DNA from: Nanobdellota archaeon | GTDB lineage: Archaea > Nanobdellota > Nanobdellia > Parvarchaeales > Parvarchaeaceae | DNA length: 64,000 nucleotides | Direction of reading: 5' to 3' | Assembly (NCBI GenBank): GCA_021800365.1 | Contig: JAJYZA010000001.1 | Span: 147,377 to 211,376 of the forward strand | In this document: positions 49,183 through 59,529 of the stretch, piece after piece | Layout: every line of letters begins with the position of its first letter | Position numbering within the stretch: position 1 is the stretch's first letter | The notes under the pieces: generated by a model | Told to the model about the DNA's origin: nothing | Seen by the model: the letters and a program-made list of their open reading frames with translations, nothing else | Database searches by the model: none | Position numbers and translations under genes: made by a program

Positions 49183-50469
49183 ATGGAACTTCTTATAAAG
49201 GACGTTACAAATAAAGAGCATGTTGGAAAGGCAGTTACTTTGAGAGGATTCATAAGCAATATACGAAAAGGTAAAAACAACATTTTTTTTATGCTACGCG
49301 ACCCTTCTGGAGTCATTCAATGTGTTTCTCACTTTAATGAGAAGGCGTTTCCAGAAGTTGAAAAGCTTACGCGCGAATCGTCCATTCTTGTTAAAGGCAA
49401 TTTAAAAGAAGATTCACGCGCCGAAGGAGGGTATGAAATTACAATAGAAGAATTAGAGGTGTATGGATTAGCCGAACCATTTCCAATCAAAAAAGGACAC
49501 AAAAAAGTGTTTCTATTTGATAACAGGCACCTGTGGATGCGAAGCCGACGTGTAACTGCGATAATGAAGATAAGATCTACTGTCTTTGAAGGCATTCATG
49601 AATTTTTTGTTAAGAATGGCTTCTATGAAATCCAGTCCCCGTCATTTGTAGGCGGGAGCGTAGAGGGAGGTTCAACGCTTTTTGAAATAAACTACTTTGA
49701 TAAAAAGGCATACTTGTCGCAAAGCTGGCAATTGTATGCAGAAGCGATGGTGAATTCACTATGGAAAATATATACAGTAGCACCATCCTTTAGAGCTGAA
49801 AACAGTAGGACTTGGCGACACCTTACCGAATTCTGGCACGCTGAAACTGAAGTAGCTTTTATGGATTTAAATGGAATAATAGAGCTTGAAGAAGGGCTTA
49901 TAAAGCACATTGTAAAAAACGTGCTGATAAAAAACCAAGCTGAACTAACATTGCTAAAGCGTGACCAGACAATCTTAAAGAATGTTGTGGAAAATCCGTT
50001 CTTGAGAATGAGCTACGAATCGGTAATAGACCTAGCAAACAAAAATGGGCTTAAATTAGAGTATGGCGCGGATCTCGGCGCAGACGAAGAACGAGTAATA
50101 ACATCAAAACTTAATGTTCCATTATTTGCGATGAATTATCCGACAAAATTAAAGCCTTTCTATCATAAACCCGATCCAAAAGATCCGACACATGTTCTTT
50201 GCAACGACTTGCTGGCACCTGAAGGGTATGGAGAAATAATTGGTGGGGGCCAGAGGGTAGACGATAAGGAGACCCTAATCAAGCGGATAAAGGAGGAAGG
50301 GTTAAACCCAAATGATTACAATTGGTATGTCGATTTAAGAAGATACGGTGCGATACCACATTCTGGATTCGGGCTGGGTGTAGATAGACTTGTTATGTGG
50401 ATATGTAAGCTACCGCACATAATGTACGCTACGCCATTTCCAAGGACGCCTAGACGAATTTATCCATAA
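49183..50469 (+). CDS. asnS: Class IIb aminoacyl-tRNA synthetase, most likely asparaginyl-tRNA synthetase (could be AspRS)
   Basis: It has an N-terminal OB fold. YLSQSWQLYAEA and SRTWRHLTEFWHAETE resemble AsnRS (QSSQLY / RHLTEYWH). Motif 3 is GFGLGVDRL. Confidence 0.6.
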   Translation: MELLIKDVTNKEHVGKAVTLRGFISNIRKGKNNIFFMLRDPSGVIQCVSHFNEKAFPEVEKLTRESSILVKGNLKEDSRAEGGYEITIEELEVYGLAEPFPIKKGHKKVFLFDNRHLWMRSRRVTAIMKIRSTVFEGIHEFFVKNGFYEIQSPSFVGGSVEGGSTLFEINYFDKKAYLSQSWQLYAEAMVNSLWKIYTVAPSFRAENSRTWRHLTEFWHAETEVAFMDLNGIIELEEGLIKHIVKNVLIKNQAELTLLKRDQTILKNVVENPFLRMSYESVIDLANKNGLKLEYGADLGADEERVITSKLNVPLFAMNYPTKLKPFYHKPDPKDPTHVLCNDLLAPEGYGEIIGGGQRVDDKETLIKRIKEEGLNPNDYNWYVDLRRYGAIPHSGFGLGVDRLVMWICKLPHIMYATPFPRTPRRIYP

Positions 50470-50507
50470 AAAATATTTATATATATTTATATTCCATTAT
50501 ATAACAT

Positions 50508-51158
50508 ATGCCATATGTAGCCGTAGACGATAGAAAGATACTTGATCCGCTTGTCGATTCGCTTGCACAAGAGATTGCCGATGAGCTACCAAAACAAAAT
50601 AACGATGCGAAGTTATCAACACTCTATAAAGAAAGGTTCGTAGAACTCTCACTTGCAATAAAGGATCTGATTAATGGAAAGAAAATAAAGGGTAATATAA
50701 ATATACAGAAATTGGCACAGGCAATATACGACTTAGACCGACGCTATAACTACAGCGCCGCATTTAACGGCGAATTAAATTACTCTATTACTAGACTGAT
50801 ACAGCTCGTACCAAAGAAACTGGTCGAAAAAGGAATTTGGAAAGAGGAGTTTAGATACTGGATATACTCGCAAACGGCTGGTGCCTTAACAAGAACGGCG
50901 ATGGAGATGGACAAATTGGGCTCAAAGAGATTAAGTAAGGATGAAGATTGGCTTTACGATGGTTTGTCGGGAGTGTTTGAGGACATAAAGGATGAGTATA
51001 AAAGACGAGTAAATACTGCGTATGAAGCCGTACAGATTAAAAAATCTGGCGACTGTTATGACACCCCTTACCATACTGATGTAATAGATATTAAAGATAC
51101 TTCCGGAAACGTGATTGGCTGGCAAGAGACAATGAAAGACCTAAGAAAGACTAAGTAA
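50508..51158 (+). CDS. Hypothetical protein
   Basis: Clean 216-aa ORF. No motif. Confidence 0.35.
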   Translation: MPYVAVDDRKILDPLVDSLAQEIADELPKQNNDAKLSTLYKERFVELSLAIKDLINGKKIKGNINIQKLAQAIYDLDRRYNYSAAFNGELNYSITRLIQLVPKKLVEKGIWKEEFRYWIYSQTAGALTRTAMEMDKLGSKRLSKDEDWLYDGLSGVFEDIKDEYKRRVNTAYEAVQIKKSGDCYDTPYHTDVIDIKDTSGNVIGWQETMKDLRKTK

Positions 51159-51486
51159 ACAAAAGTATAAACTTTTGTCGAGAAATTGTAAATTATTATA
51201 AGTTAATATAAAAATTTATACTAATTAATATAATTATATTTTTCACTTAAAAAATCTAAATCGGCATGACTTTATGGAAAACCACAGAAAGTCACGATTT
51301 TAGATCTCGGGCGGATACTCTAAAAATCTTGGCGCTATCATATTAGTTAATATAGAAATAATAAATACCACGTCTTGAATCGTTATGTAAATCCGACCTA
51401 AATTAGTGTGCATGTTGATAGATGGGACGAGTATTACATGAAGACAAAGTTTAAAGATTTTTATTGTGAGATAAAGAAACACTATT

Positions 51487-52449
51487 ATGTTTGATGTGAT
51501 TACACTTGGTTCCGCTACGAAAGACGTATTCTTATTTACTAAAGACATCGAGTTAAAGCCTGGTTTAAATAAACACTTTCTAGAAATACCTTTTGATAAA
51601 AAAATAGAAATCAGCGACAAAAAAGTATTTACTGGGGGGTCCGCCACAAACGCAGCTGCAACATTTGCAAAGTTCGGAAAAAACGTGGCTACGATATCTA
51701 AGATAGGCAAAGACAAAAACGGAGATTTTATTATTGATGACCTAATGGCACGAAAAATAAATACAGATTATTTAGTTATTGGAGACGGAGAAACGCCCGT
51801 TTCAGACATCGTCGTTGCAAAAAATGCCCATATGGTTCTTTTTACTTATAGAGGAATAGAGGATAGCTTAAAAAAAGAGGATATAAAATTAGATTTTAAA
51901 GCGAAGTGGTTATACGCGGGTCCGTTGGCAGGAGAAAGTTATAAAGTGTTACCAGAGATAATTAAATATTGCAAAGAAAATGATATAAGGATCGTTATGA
52001 ATCCCGGCTCTAATGAACTAAACTTAAAGATTAAAAAGCTAGAACCAATACTGGCAGATGTAGATATAATAAGCATGAATGATGAAGAAGCAAAACGGTT
52101 TGTTGGATACGGAAACGTGGTTAAGAACCTAGTCAAATTGACAAAAAGTGTAAAGGGTACTGCGATAATAACGCGCGGAGAACTCGGCTGCGTAGTAATG
52201 AACGATGAAGAGTTGTACGAGGCAAGTGCCGTACCTACAAAACAAATAAACTTTGTTGGCGCTGGTGATGCCTTCCTATCTGGATTTATAACCGCACAAA
52301 TTGATGGAAAGGATATCGAAGATGCGATAACCTTAGGAAGTTATAATGCAAGTAGTGTCGTAAGGCAGTTCGGCGCAAAAACCGGTATAATAGAGGAATA
52401 CCCTAAACAAAAAGTAAAGATAAGGAGGATAAAATATGAAAAAAAATGA
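51487..52449 (+). CDS. PfkB-family carbohydrate/nucleoside kinase (ribokinase fold)
   Basis: It has GGSATNAA near the N-terminus and the GAGDAF anion-hole motif near the C-terminus. Confidence 0.7.
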   Translation: MFDVITLGSATKDVFLFTKDIELKPGLNKHFLEIPFDKKIEISDKKVFTGGSATNAAATFAKFGKNVATISKIGKDKNGDFIIDDLMARKINTDYLVIGDGETPVSDIVVAKNAHMVLFTYRGIEDSLKKEDIKLDFKAKWLYAGPLAGESYKVLPEIIKYCKENDIRIVMNPGSNELNLKIKKLEPILADVDIISMNDEEAKRFVGYGNVVKNLVKLTKSVKGTAIITRGELGCVVMNDEELYEASAVPTKQINFVGAGDAFLSGFITAQIDGKDIEDAITLGSYNASSVVRQFGAKTGIIEEYPKQKVKIRRIKYEKK

Positions 52450-53173
52450 ATTGAAAATGAGTGGTGTCTATCTTGCTTATGACCATGGAATGGAGCATGG
52501 TCCAACCGATTTTAATGAAAAAGCCGTTGCACCGGAACATATAGTAAGCCTTGCGGAAAAGGCTGAGGTAGACGCATTAATCTTACTAAAAGGAACAGCG
52601 AGAGCATATTACAAAAAAGGAAGTGGTGTGCCGCTGATTGTTAAACTAAATCAAAAAACTGATATGTACACTGGTGAGCCGATCTCCAAGCAGGTATGCA
52701 GTGTAAAAGAGGCGATATCTCTTGGCGCTTCTGCTGTTGGATATACTGTATATGCTGGAAGTGAATATGAGGCCGAGATGCTTGAAGAATTTGGCGTGAT
52801 AGAGGAAGAGGCGCATAAGTACGGGCTCCCGGTAATAATGTGGTCTTATCCACGAGGAAAGGCTGTTGCTGATGACACTGCCCCAGAAACCATTGCTTAC
52901 GCCGCAAGAATCGCACTAGAAATGGGTTCAGATATAGTAAAATTAAAATATCCAAGTGACGACTCGAAACTTGATTGGATAGTAAAATGTGCAGGCAAAA
53001 CAAAAGTATTTATGGCTGGTGGAAAGGCAGTAAACGATAAGGAGTTTGAGAACCATATTAAAAAGGTCATATCGGCGGGATTCAGCGGTATCGCCGTAGG
53101 TAGAAATGTCTGGCAAAATAATGACCCAGTAAAGAGAATAAAAGAAATAAAAGAGATAATCAATTCAGCTTAA
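52436..53173 (+). CDS. DhnA-type class I aldolase (archaeal FBP aldolase / ADH synthase family)
   Basis: It has LAYDHGMEHGP and Schiff-base-Lys context VKLKYP. It is adjacent to the kinase and TIM. Confidence 0.6.
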   Translation: MKKNELKMSGVYLAYDHGMEHGPTDFNEKAVAPEHIVSLAEKAEVDALILLKGTARAYYKKGSGVPLIVKLNQKTDMYTGEPISKQVCSVKEAISLGASAVGYTVYAGSEYEAEMLEEFGVIEEEAHKYGLPVIMWSYPRGKAVADDTAPETIAYAARIALEMGSDIVKLKYPSDDSKLDWIVKCAGKTKVFMAGGKAVNDKEFENHIKKVISAGFSGIAVGRNVWQNNDPVKRIKEIKEIINSA

Positions 53174-53178
53174 ACCAT

Positions 53179-54021
53179 ATGCATAATTTGAAGGTATGTG
53201 TAGACATTGGCGGTACAAAAATAATATTTGCGGTTTTGGACGATAAACTCAAAATAAAGAAAAGTATCTACATACCTACGCCGCTAAATTTAAATGAGCT
53301 GTTAAACGTTCTCAACGTAAATCTTTCTGCGCTTAAAAACGAAGTTTCTGTTGCAAACATTGGTTTGGCGGGTAGGGTGGACAAGAAAGGTAAGGTGATA
53401 CTATGTCCAAATTTGCCTCTTAATGGCATTAATTTAAAAAAGTTGGTAAAAAGATACTTTAAAGAAGTCCATATAGATAATGACGCCAACTGTTTTGCCC
53501 TTTACCACATGTTCCGCGGGAGATTAAAAAACAGTAAAAACGCAATGGCTCTTGTCTGGGGAACTGGGGTGGGGGGTGCAATTATAACAAATGGAATATT
53601 ATACCGAGGACGTGGTTTGGCCGCGGAACTAGGCCATATGAAAGCCTTGACGGAACCAGGAAAAGACATAGAATCCTTGGTTGGTGGCAAAAGACTAAAG
53701 GAAACCTATGGCCATTCGGGTTCAGAGCTATATGAACTAGCAAAGAGGGGTGACGTATCCGCTATAAACTCCTTCATGGCAATTGGACAAATATTCGGTC
53801 GCTATTTAGCCTCTTTGATGAACGCCTTAGATCCTGAACTTATTGTACTCGGCGGAAGTTTTGTAAACTCTTGGGAGTTTATTAAAACTGCTGTAGAAAA
53901 AGCAATAAAAACTGAAAGCCTTCGCGGTAATCTACGTATAAGTATATCAAGTGGAAGATTTTATGTAATTAAAGGATGTTATTTTCTTGACGAATATGAA
54001 AAGCATAATAATAAACTATAA
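53179..54021 (+). CDS. ROK-family glucokinase
   Basis: It has CVDIGGTKI and the ROK signature region with HIDNDANCFAL. Confidence 0.65.
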   Translation: MHNLKVCVDIGGTKIIFAVLDDKLKIKKSIYIPTPLNLNELLNVLNVNLSALKNEVSVANIGLAGRVDKKGKVILCPNLPLNGINLKKLVKRYFKEVHIDNDANCFALYHMFRGRLKNSKNAMALVWGTGVGGAIITNGILYRGRGLAAELGHMKALTEPGKDIESLVGGKRLKETYGHSGSELYELAKRGDVSAINSFMAIGQIFGRYLASLMNALDPELIVLGGSFVNSWEFIKTAVEKAIKTESLRGNLRISISSGRFYVIKGCYFLDEYEKHNNKL

Positions 54022-54673
54022 AGCCTACAAGGAAGGAATAGACAAAGGTCTGTCAATAGCAATGGCTGCAAACGAGGCGGCCGAAAAAACGGGCGTAGAA
54101 ATAATAACGGCGCCACAATTTACACTTCTGAAGGAAATATCAAAGATTACAAAGACAATAGCACAGGGAGTGGAAGGGGTCGAACCCGGCCCATTTACAG
54201 CCCATATAACATGGTATGAGATAAAAAAAAGTGGAGCTGCTGGCACTTTAATAAACCATTCTGAGAAGAGATTCGCCCATTCAAAAAGCGGGCAATTGGA
54301 TTACAGTGCATTGCGAAAAGCAATAGAACTGTGTAAACAAAATCAGCTAGAAACGTATGTTTGTGTTAGAAACTTACAAGAAGCTAAAAAAGTCACCGAT
54401 ATGAATCCGACTGCGATAGCTTACGAGCCACCTGAATTGATAAGTGGGAATGTTTCTGTATCTACTGCAAAAACGGAAATCGTCAAAGAATTTTGTGAAC
54501 TTGTAAAGAGTTCTTCTAATTCTAAACCTTTGATAGGCGCGGGAATAAAAACTGCCGAAGACGTTAAAAGCAGCGTAAAACTCGGCAGTGAAGGAATTCT
54601 CGTTGCTTCCGGCGTAATAAAAACGAATAATTTCAAAAAAGCGATTAATGAACTCGTTAAACCATTAGCTTAA
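53996..54673 (+). CDS. tpiA: Triosephosphate isomerase (archaeal short type)
   Basis: It has GAAGTLINHSEKR (archaeal TIM catalytic region). About 225 aa. Confidence 0.75.
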   Translation: MKSIIINYKAYKEGIDKGLSIAMAANEAAEKTGVEIITAPQFTLLKEISKITKTIAQGVEGVEPGPFTAHITWYEIKKSGAAGTLINHSEKRFAHSKSGQLDYSALRKAIELCKQNQLETYVCVRNLQEAKKVTDMNPTAIAYEPPELISGNVSVSTAKTEIVKEFCELVKSSSNSKPLIGAGIKTAEDVKSSVKLGSEGILVASGVIKTNNFKKAINELVKPLA

Positions 54674-55818
54674 GATCTAACACTTTGAAGGATATTATAT
54701 TCCTGGCTTTTTACTAAGGTAGTATTGCATATGCTATTATAATTATCATAAGAGCAGAGCATCGCATCAACAAAAGCGACACTATCATTAAACAAAAACC
54801 CAACAGTACTATTGGTACCGATGTACTTATACGCTGCGGTCATGTTAAGCCCATTAAGAACGGAAGGGAGTAACATTGATGAAACTGAGATAAACCGTCC
54901 GCCTATATCGAAAAAGGGTGTAAAGCTACCATAGGCGATACCGAGGCTAGACGCGGAATTTTGGTCATATTGAAAAAGTTCTCTTTGGGCAACTGGGTTC
55001 GATACGGAAGTTATATTATAAGCCTCTAAATTGAATAGATCGCTCGAGAAGTGCATCTCACTGAAATCATAGGATGGAACTGGCCCCAAAGGAAACGTGG
55101 ACGATGCGTTGATTTGCTCCGAAGTGAACGTTCTAGAGGAATTAAAATAGCCAAAATTATCAAGCGCATTCTTCACAACAAGGCTTTGGATTGCACTAAA
55201 CGGTGAATCACTATACACAAAGATTATGTCTGTTTTGTTACCCGTGGTTAGGTTTGTGGAATTAAATTGCAGTAATACTACCATCGGATTCAGCAGATGA
55301 AGCGATTTTGAGGATTTATTCACGCCATATATAGAAGAGATATTGTAAATATCGAAAGCGCTTATTGTTTTATTTTGAAGTATGCTGAAATACGTAACAT
55401 TTCGCGTTAGTGCGGATATAAACGGAGTATTTAGTACGAAGCTACTACTTTCAAAATTAAAAATATTTAGATAGACTAACTCATTCAATAAATCCGCTGA
55501 ATCCGTGGTCGCTGGCAGAGTCACTGCTGGTAAAGCTGTTATCAGTTCATTCTCTATGAAAGTTTTTGCTTCGGTACTGCCAAAGTATAGGGAAACCTGC
55601 GAGGTTCGATAACCCTGCGCTGAAATAAATGAAAAAAGCAAGTTCGATATATCAGAGCATTGCTGACAATTTGGATAAATGATCGAAACAAAGGAGGTAT
55701 TCAAATTGACCTGAGTGTTCTTGCTTGAAGTAAAATTTGATAGATATATAAAAAAGACGGATATAATAACGGTCAATATTATGATGACTACTACAATTGA
55801 TTTAATTTTTAGAATCAT
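54670..55818 (-). CDS. Secreted/anchored Asn/Ser-rich probable glycoprotein
   Basis: It has an N-terminal TM anchor IVVVIIILTVIISVFFIYL and many N-x-S/T sequons. Confidence 0.4.
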   Translation of the reverse strand: MILKIKSIVVVIIILTVIISVFFIYLSNFTSSKNTQVNLNTSFVSIIYPNCQQCSDISNLLFSFISAQGYRTSQVSLYFGSTEAKTFIENELITALPAVTLPATTDSADLLNELVYLNIFNFESSSFVLNTPFISALTRNVTYFSILQNKTISAFDIYNISSIYGVNKSSKSLHLLNPMVVLLQFNSTNLTTGNKTDIIFVYSDSPFSAIQSLVVKNALDNFGYFNSSRTFTSEQINASSTFPLGPVPSYDFSEMHFSSDLFNLEAYNITSVSNPVAQRELFQYDQNSASSLGIAYGSFTPFFDIGGRFISVSSMLLPSVLNGLNMTAAYKYIGTNSTVGFLFNDSVAFVDAMLCSYDNYNSICNTTLVKSQEYNILQSVRS

Positions 55819-56590
55819 AAAATATCGACTTTACTTTTGTGAATTGTTCTGCGTCATAAGTCGATAATCCTAACGGTGTTACCGTTATTTCGCCTCCTAA
55901 AAGAGTCGCTATATCTCCTTCTTTATCCAAATCCTTTCTAAGGGTGCCGTACAACCAATAATACTCTCTCCCGTGTGGATCCTTTTTAACGTCAACCAAA
56001 TCTTGGAAGACGCCTCTATCCGGCTTAACGACTTTTATCGATGTGTTTGCCATAACATTTTTGGGGAAATTTATATTCAAAAGTTCTACGTTGGTTGGAA
56101 AGCCATTCTTCTTTATTTTCTCCAGTATGAAAGTCAATTTTTCTGTTATTGAGTCCATCTCTTTAGCACCATCTCCACTTTGGTTCTCCTTATGGACATG
56201 TTTTGAGAAGGCGATGCTTGGTATCTTATATATGGCCGCAAACATTGCTGCGGATATTGTGCCTGAAGAATATATCGCATCGAGGCCCACATTCATACCA
56301 ATATTTACCCCAGACAATACGAGAGTTATTTTTTTTAAAAAGAGGTGATTTAGCGCCATAAATGCGCAATCCGCGGGAGTTCCTGAAAGTGCCAGACACG
56401 GCACGCCCTCATACTTAATACGTTCGAGTCTGAGTGGTTTGTGAAATGTAAAACTCATGCCAGTCGAACTTTTAAGCTTGTCCGGTACAACAACCGCGAT
56501 ATCATCCCCAAATACTTTCTTTGCTGCACGATAAAGTACGACCAAACCTCTGCTTTTGTAACCATCATCATTCGTTATTAAAATCGTCAT
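55802..56590 (-). CDS. surE: 5'/3'-nucleotidase SurE
   Basis: The N-terminus is MTILITNDDGYKSRGL. Confidence 0.8.
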   Translation of the reverse strand: MTILITNDDGYKSRGLVVLYRAAKKVFGDDIAVVVPDKLKSSTGMSFTFHKPLRLERIKYEGVPCLALSGTPADCAFMALNHLFLKKITLVLSGVNIGMNVGLDAIYSSGTISAAMFAAIYKIPSIAFSKHVHKENQSGDGAKEMDSITEKLTFILEKIKKNGFPTNVELLNINFPKNVMANTSIKVVKPDRGVFQDLVDVKKDPHGREYYWLYGTLRKDLDKEGDIATLLGGEITVTPLGLSTYDAEQFTKVKSIFYDSKN

Positions 56591-56701
56591 ATGTCTTATT
56601 TTGTATCTCTTAATCTTTAAGATAGGTACCTATATAAATGCCTTAGGACGTACTGTAATGGCACAAATCTTTATAAAGAAGTGTGTTATCCAACAACAAA
56701 T

Positions 56702-57004
56702 TTAGCCGAAAAGACTGCTTAATCCAGCTGCAGCTTCCTCTGCTTTTGGTTCTTCTTTCTTTTCCTCTTTCTTACCTTCACGTTGCGCTGGGGTTTGAGT
56801 CGCTGCTGGTGCTGAGGCTACCTGAGAAACCTGAGCTTCGCTTATCACTTTCTCTATATCAACTCCCTTAAGCGCGGAAACTACTGCCTTTATCTGAGCT
56901 TCGTCTGGCTGTGCGCCTGTCGCGGCTATAACTTGTTTCATATTATCTTCAGTTATTTCCTTGCCCAGACCATGCAATAGCATAGCTGCGTATACATACT
57001 CCAT
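56702..57004 (-). CDS. rpl12: Ribosomal stalk protein P1 (aP1/L12e)
   Basis: It starts [11 protein letters not shown] and has the acidic tail ...[21 protein letters not shown]. Confidence 0.85.
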   Translation of the reverse strand: MEYVYAAMLLHGLGKEITEDNMKQVIAATGAQPDEAQIKAVVSALKGVDIEKVISEAQVSQVASAPAATQTPAQREGKKEEKKEEPKAEEAAAGLSSLFG

Positions 57005-57005
57005 A

Positions 57006-57851
57006 TCATTTGCCTCCTGTAACCTTAGTCAATGCGCCGGCCTGCACCGCTGCCTTGGCCAATATATCTTTAATAGTCGATTTTGAGACTATGTTTCTAT
57101 CTACAGATAAAAATCTTACTCCTATATAAATCTTTTTAATCAACGGTTTGATGGAATATCTATTGAGAATACCGCGTGTAACTGAAAGTGACAATGAGCT
57201 TTTAAACGCGATTGCCAATTCATTTAGATATTCCTCCGGTTCCTTGTATAAAATTTCTTTTGAAAACAGTATTTTATCATTTAACGCGTAATTGATCGAT
57301 AACATTAATTCTTTTGGTCTTATCTCCATGCTAGACAAAATTGTCGCTATTTTGTCACTTACGGCGTCTCCCTTCTTTACAACAGTAGTATCCGCTATTA
57401 TTGAAATCTTACCACCCTCGTTCTTTGTTTTCACGCCTATCGATGAAAATTGAGATAACATAGGGCCTGGCGGAAACGGCGTCGGCCCGCTCGGGAGGAC
57501 GATATCTTCTGGTGCTTTTTCTCCCTCCTTTAATTTTGCGTATGCCTTGTTTTCTGTCGCAATGCGCGCCAGTTCAAATGCATCTAGATTGGAGAGCACT
57601 AAAACCGGCATCTTTGTAAGAGATACTTTATCGGCAAGTTCTTGGCTAGTTTTCTTTAATGCGTTGTATATCACTACTTTATTTATATAAATGAAATCCG
57701 CTTTGTCTCTAAATGCTTTTTTAGCCTGTTCAAAATTATCAGAAGGAAATCCAGACACCTCTGCTAAAGCAATAGTTTTATAGCGCGGTATTTGCTTACT
57801 AAGTTTCTCTGCCGATTCTTCACGTTTCTTTGACCCTTTAGATTTGTTCAT
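57006..57851 (-). CDS. rplP0: Ribosomal protein P0 (uL10), lacking the usual acidic C-terminal tail
   Basis: Conserved uL10 N-domain. It ends ...VTGGK with no P1-like tail. Confidence 0.7.
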   Translation of the reverse strand: MNKSKGSKKREESAEKLSKQIPRYKTIALAEVSGFPSDNFEQAKKAFRDKADFIYINKVVIYNALKKTSQELADKVSLTKMPVLVLSNLDAFELARIATENKAYAKLKEGEKAPEDIVLPSGPTPFPPGPMLSQFSSIGVKTKNEGGKISIIADTTVVKKGDAVSDKIATILSSMEIRPKELMLSINYALNDKILFSKEILYKEPEEYLNELAIAFKSSLSLSVTRGILNRYSIKPLIKKIYIGVRFLSVDRNIVSKSTIKDILAKAAVQAGALTKVTGGK

Positions 57852-58492
57852 ACGGTTACCAATTTGCCCATAGTTGATTTAAGGTACACATGCTTTATTG
57901 CAGCATCGCCTTCCACTAGCGAAGACTTTACAGTCGAATATATTGCCATTGAATTCCCGACTATCTTTTGGTCATCCATCTTTTCATCGCCGACTTTTGC
58001 TTGGATAGCATTGTTTCTTTTATTGTTTATTTTCACAGCAAACTGTATTTTTTCTGCGACTGCCTTTAAGTTAGACGCGGGTGTTATAACAGTGCCTGTT
58101 TTCGGGTTTGGCAGCTTGTTTAATGCCGCAAGTTGCTTACCAAATTTAGCTGCTACTTGAGCCATTATCGTTGCTTCGGCAAAGAAATAATCATATTGCT
58201 TGGACAATTTCCGTATGGCTTTTTTATCAAAATTTGCAAAATCTTCCTTTAGAATAACTCTAGAGAATACTCCTTGAGACTGTGTAGACATATCTTTATC
58301 AACAAAAACGCATGTTTTTACGTCCTCGACTTTATTAGGAAGATACACAATCGAATCTACGGGTACGTCCGATTTCGCTTTTCTTTGGCGGGTTATTATT
58401 ATTAAATCTATGGATTGAGTGAATTTCTTCTTAGATTTTTCTGCCGCTTTTTTCACTTCTTTTATGCCCTTATCAAAACTCTGCGCGTCCAT
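57848..58492 (-). CDS. rpl1: Ribosomal protein L1 (uL1)
   Basis: Length and order (L1-P0-P1) fit, and the sequence has uL1-like blocks. Confidence 0.7.
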   Translation of the reverse strand: MDAQSFDKGIKEVKKAAEKSKKKFTQSIDLIIITRQRKAKSDVPVDSIVYLPNKVEDVKTCVFVDKDMSTQSQGVFSRVILKEDFANFDKKAIRKLSKQYDYFFAEATIMAQVAAKFGKQLAALNKLPNPKTGTVITPASNLKAVAEKIQFAVKINNKRNNAIQAKVGDEKMDDQKIVGNSMAIYSTVKSSLVEGDAAIKHVYLKSTMGKLVTV

Positions 58493-58589
58493 AATTGGAA
58501 TATTAAGAATCTTACGATTTTTAAACTTTCTCTGTGTCGGTTCTTAGCCATAACGCAGACCATATAAGATTGTACATTAACTGGAGACG

Positions 58590-59246
58590 TTAATCCTCGA
58601 ACCTAAAGAGATTTTTTTGTACCATGCGTAAAAGAGCCTCTATAGAGCTATAAAACTCATATTTATTTAACTCCTCTCTGTTGAATACGCCTATAAAGCC
58701 AATTTCCGCTCGTTTCGCAGTTACTGCGTCGTAAGGGCTGTCTCCTATATAAACTGATTTAGTTTTATTTACTTTCAGCAAGCGAATTGCCTTATTCAAA
58801 ATATACGGGTCTGGTTTTGCATGCTTAGGCGAATCTGGGTTTACGATTATCTTCGACAAATCATTTAATTTAAGAATGCGTTTAAACTTTCTTAATTCTT
58901 TTGTATTCATGGCCGTTGCAATACAAAATTTTATTTTATTACGCATTAAAAGCTTAATCAATGCGCAAACACCTTTGTAAAACCTTACCTTTTTTATATT
59001 TGCATAAGTTAATAGCCTCCGCTTTTCGGCCATTATGCGCTTTATTTCTGTTGCGGTAAGGTTTCGGCCAATCTTCTTCGATACGAGTTCAAATAGGGTT
59101 TCGGCGGGATAACGTATCCTCTGAGATAGGAAGCCATATGGGATAGTGCCTTTTCCAAGCACTATATTAAAACCGTATTCTAAGCCTTTTTTGTGAAGCT
59201 GTAAACTATCCAACAAAGTTCCGTCCAGGTCAAATATCAGTGCCAT
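58590..59246 (-). CDS. HAD-superfamily hydrolase (phosphatase-like)
   Basis: It has motif I LIFDLDGTL and the later motifs K...GDS..D. Confidence 0.7.
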   Translation of the reverse strand: MALIFDLDGTLLDSLQLHKKGLEYGFNIVLGKGTIPYGFLSQRIRYPAETLFELVSKKIGRNLTATEIKRIMAEKRRLLTYANIKKVRFYKGVCALIKLLMRNKIKFCIATAMNTKELRKFKRILKLNDLSKIIVNPDSPKHAKPDPYILNKAIRLLKVNKTKSVYIGDSPYDAVTAKRAEIGFIGVFNREELNKYEFYSSIEALLRMVQKNLFRFED

Positions 59247-59529
59247 TCAGTAAATTACTCCGAGCTCGCAAGATTATTTCTACATGGTTAGAATCGCGAC
59301 CGAAATGTTCGATATCAGTTTTAATCTGATACAGGCACAATATAAATTTATGCATAATTGACATATTATTATTTTATTTTACATTTTATTTAAGAGTTTG
59401 CGGCTTATATCTATATTTTTATGCGGCCTTAATGAAAATTAAGATAAAAAGACTACATTTCTACAAGATTAAACAATCAAAAGATTGATATTTTTCAAGG
59501 TTAAATTTAATGCAGAGATATATAAAACT

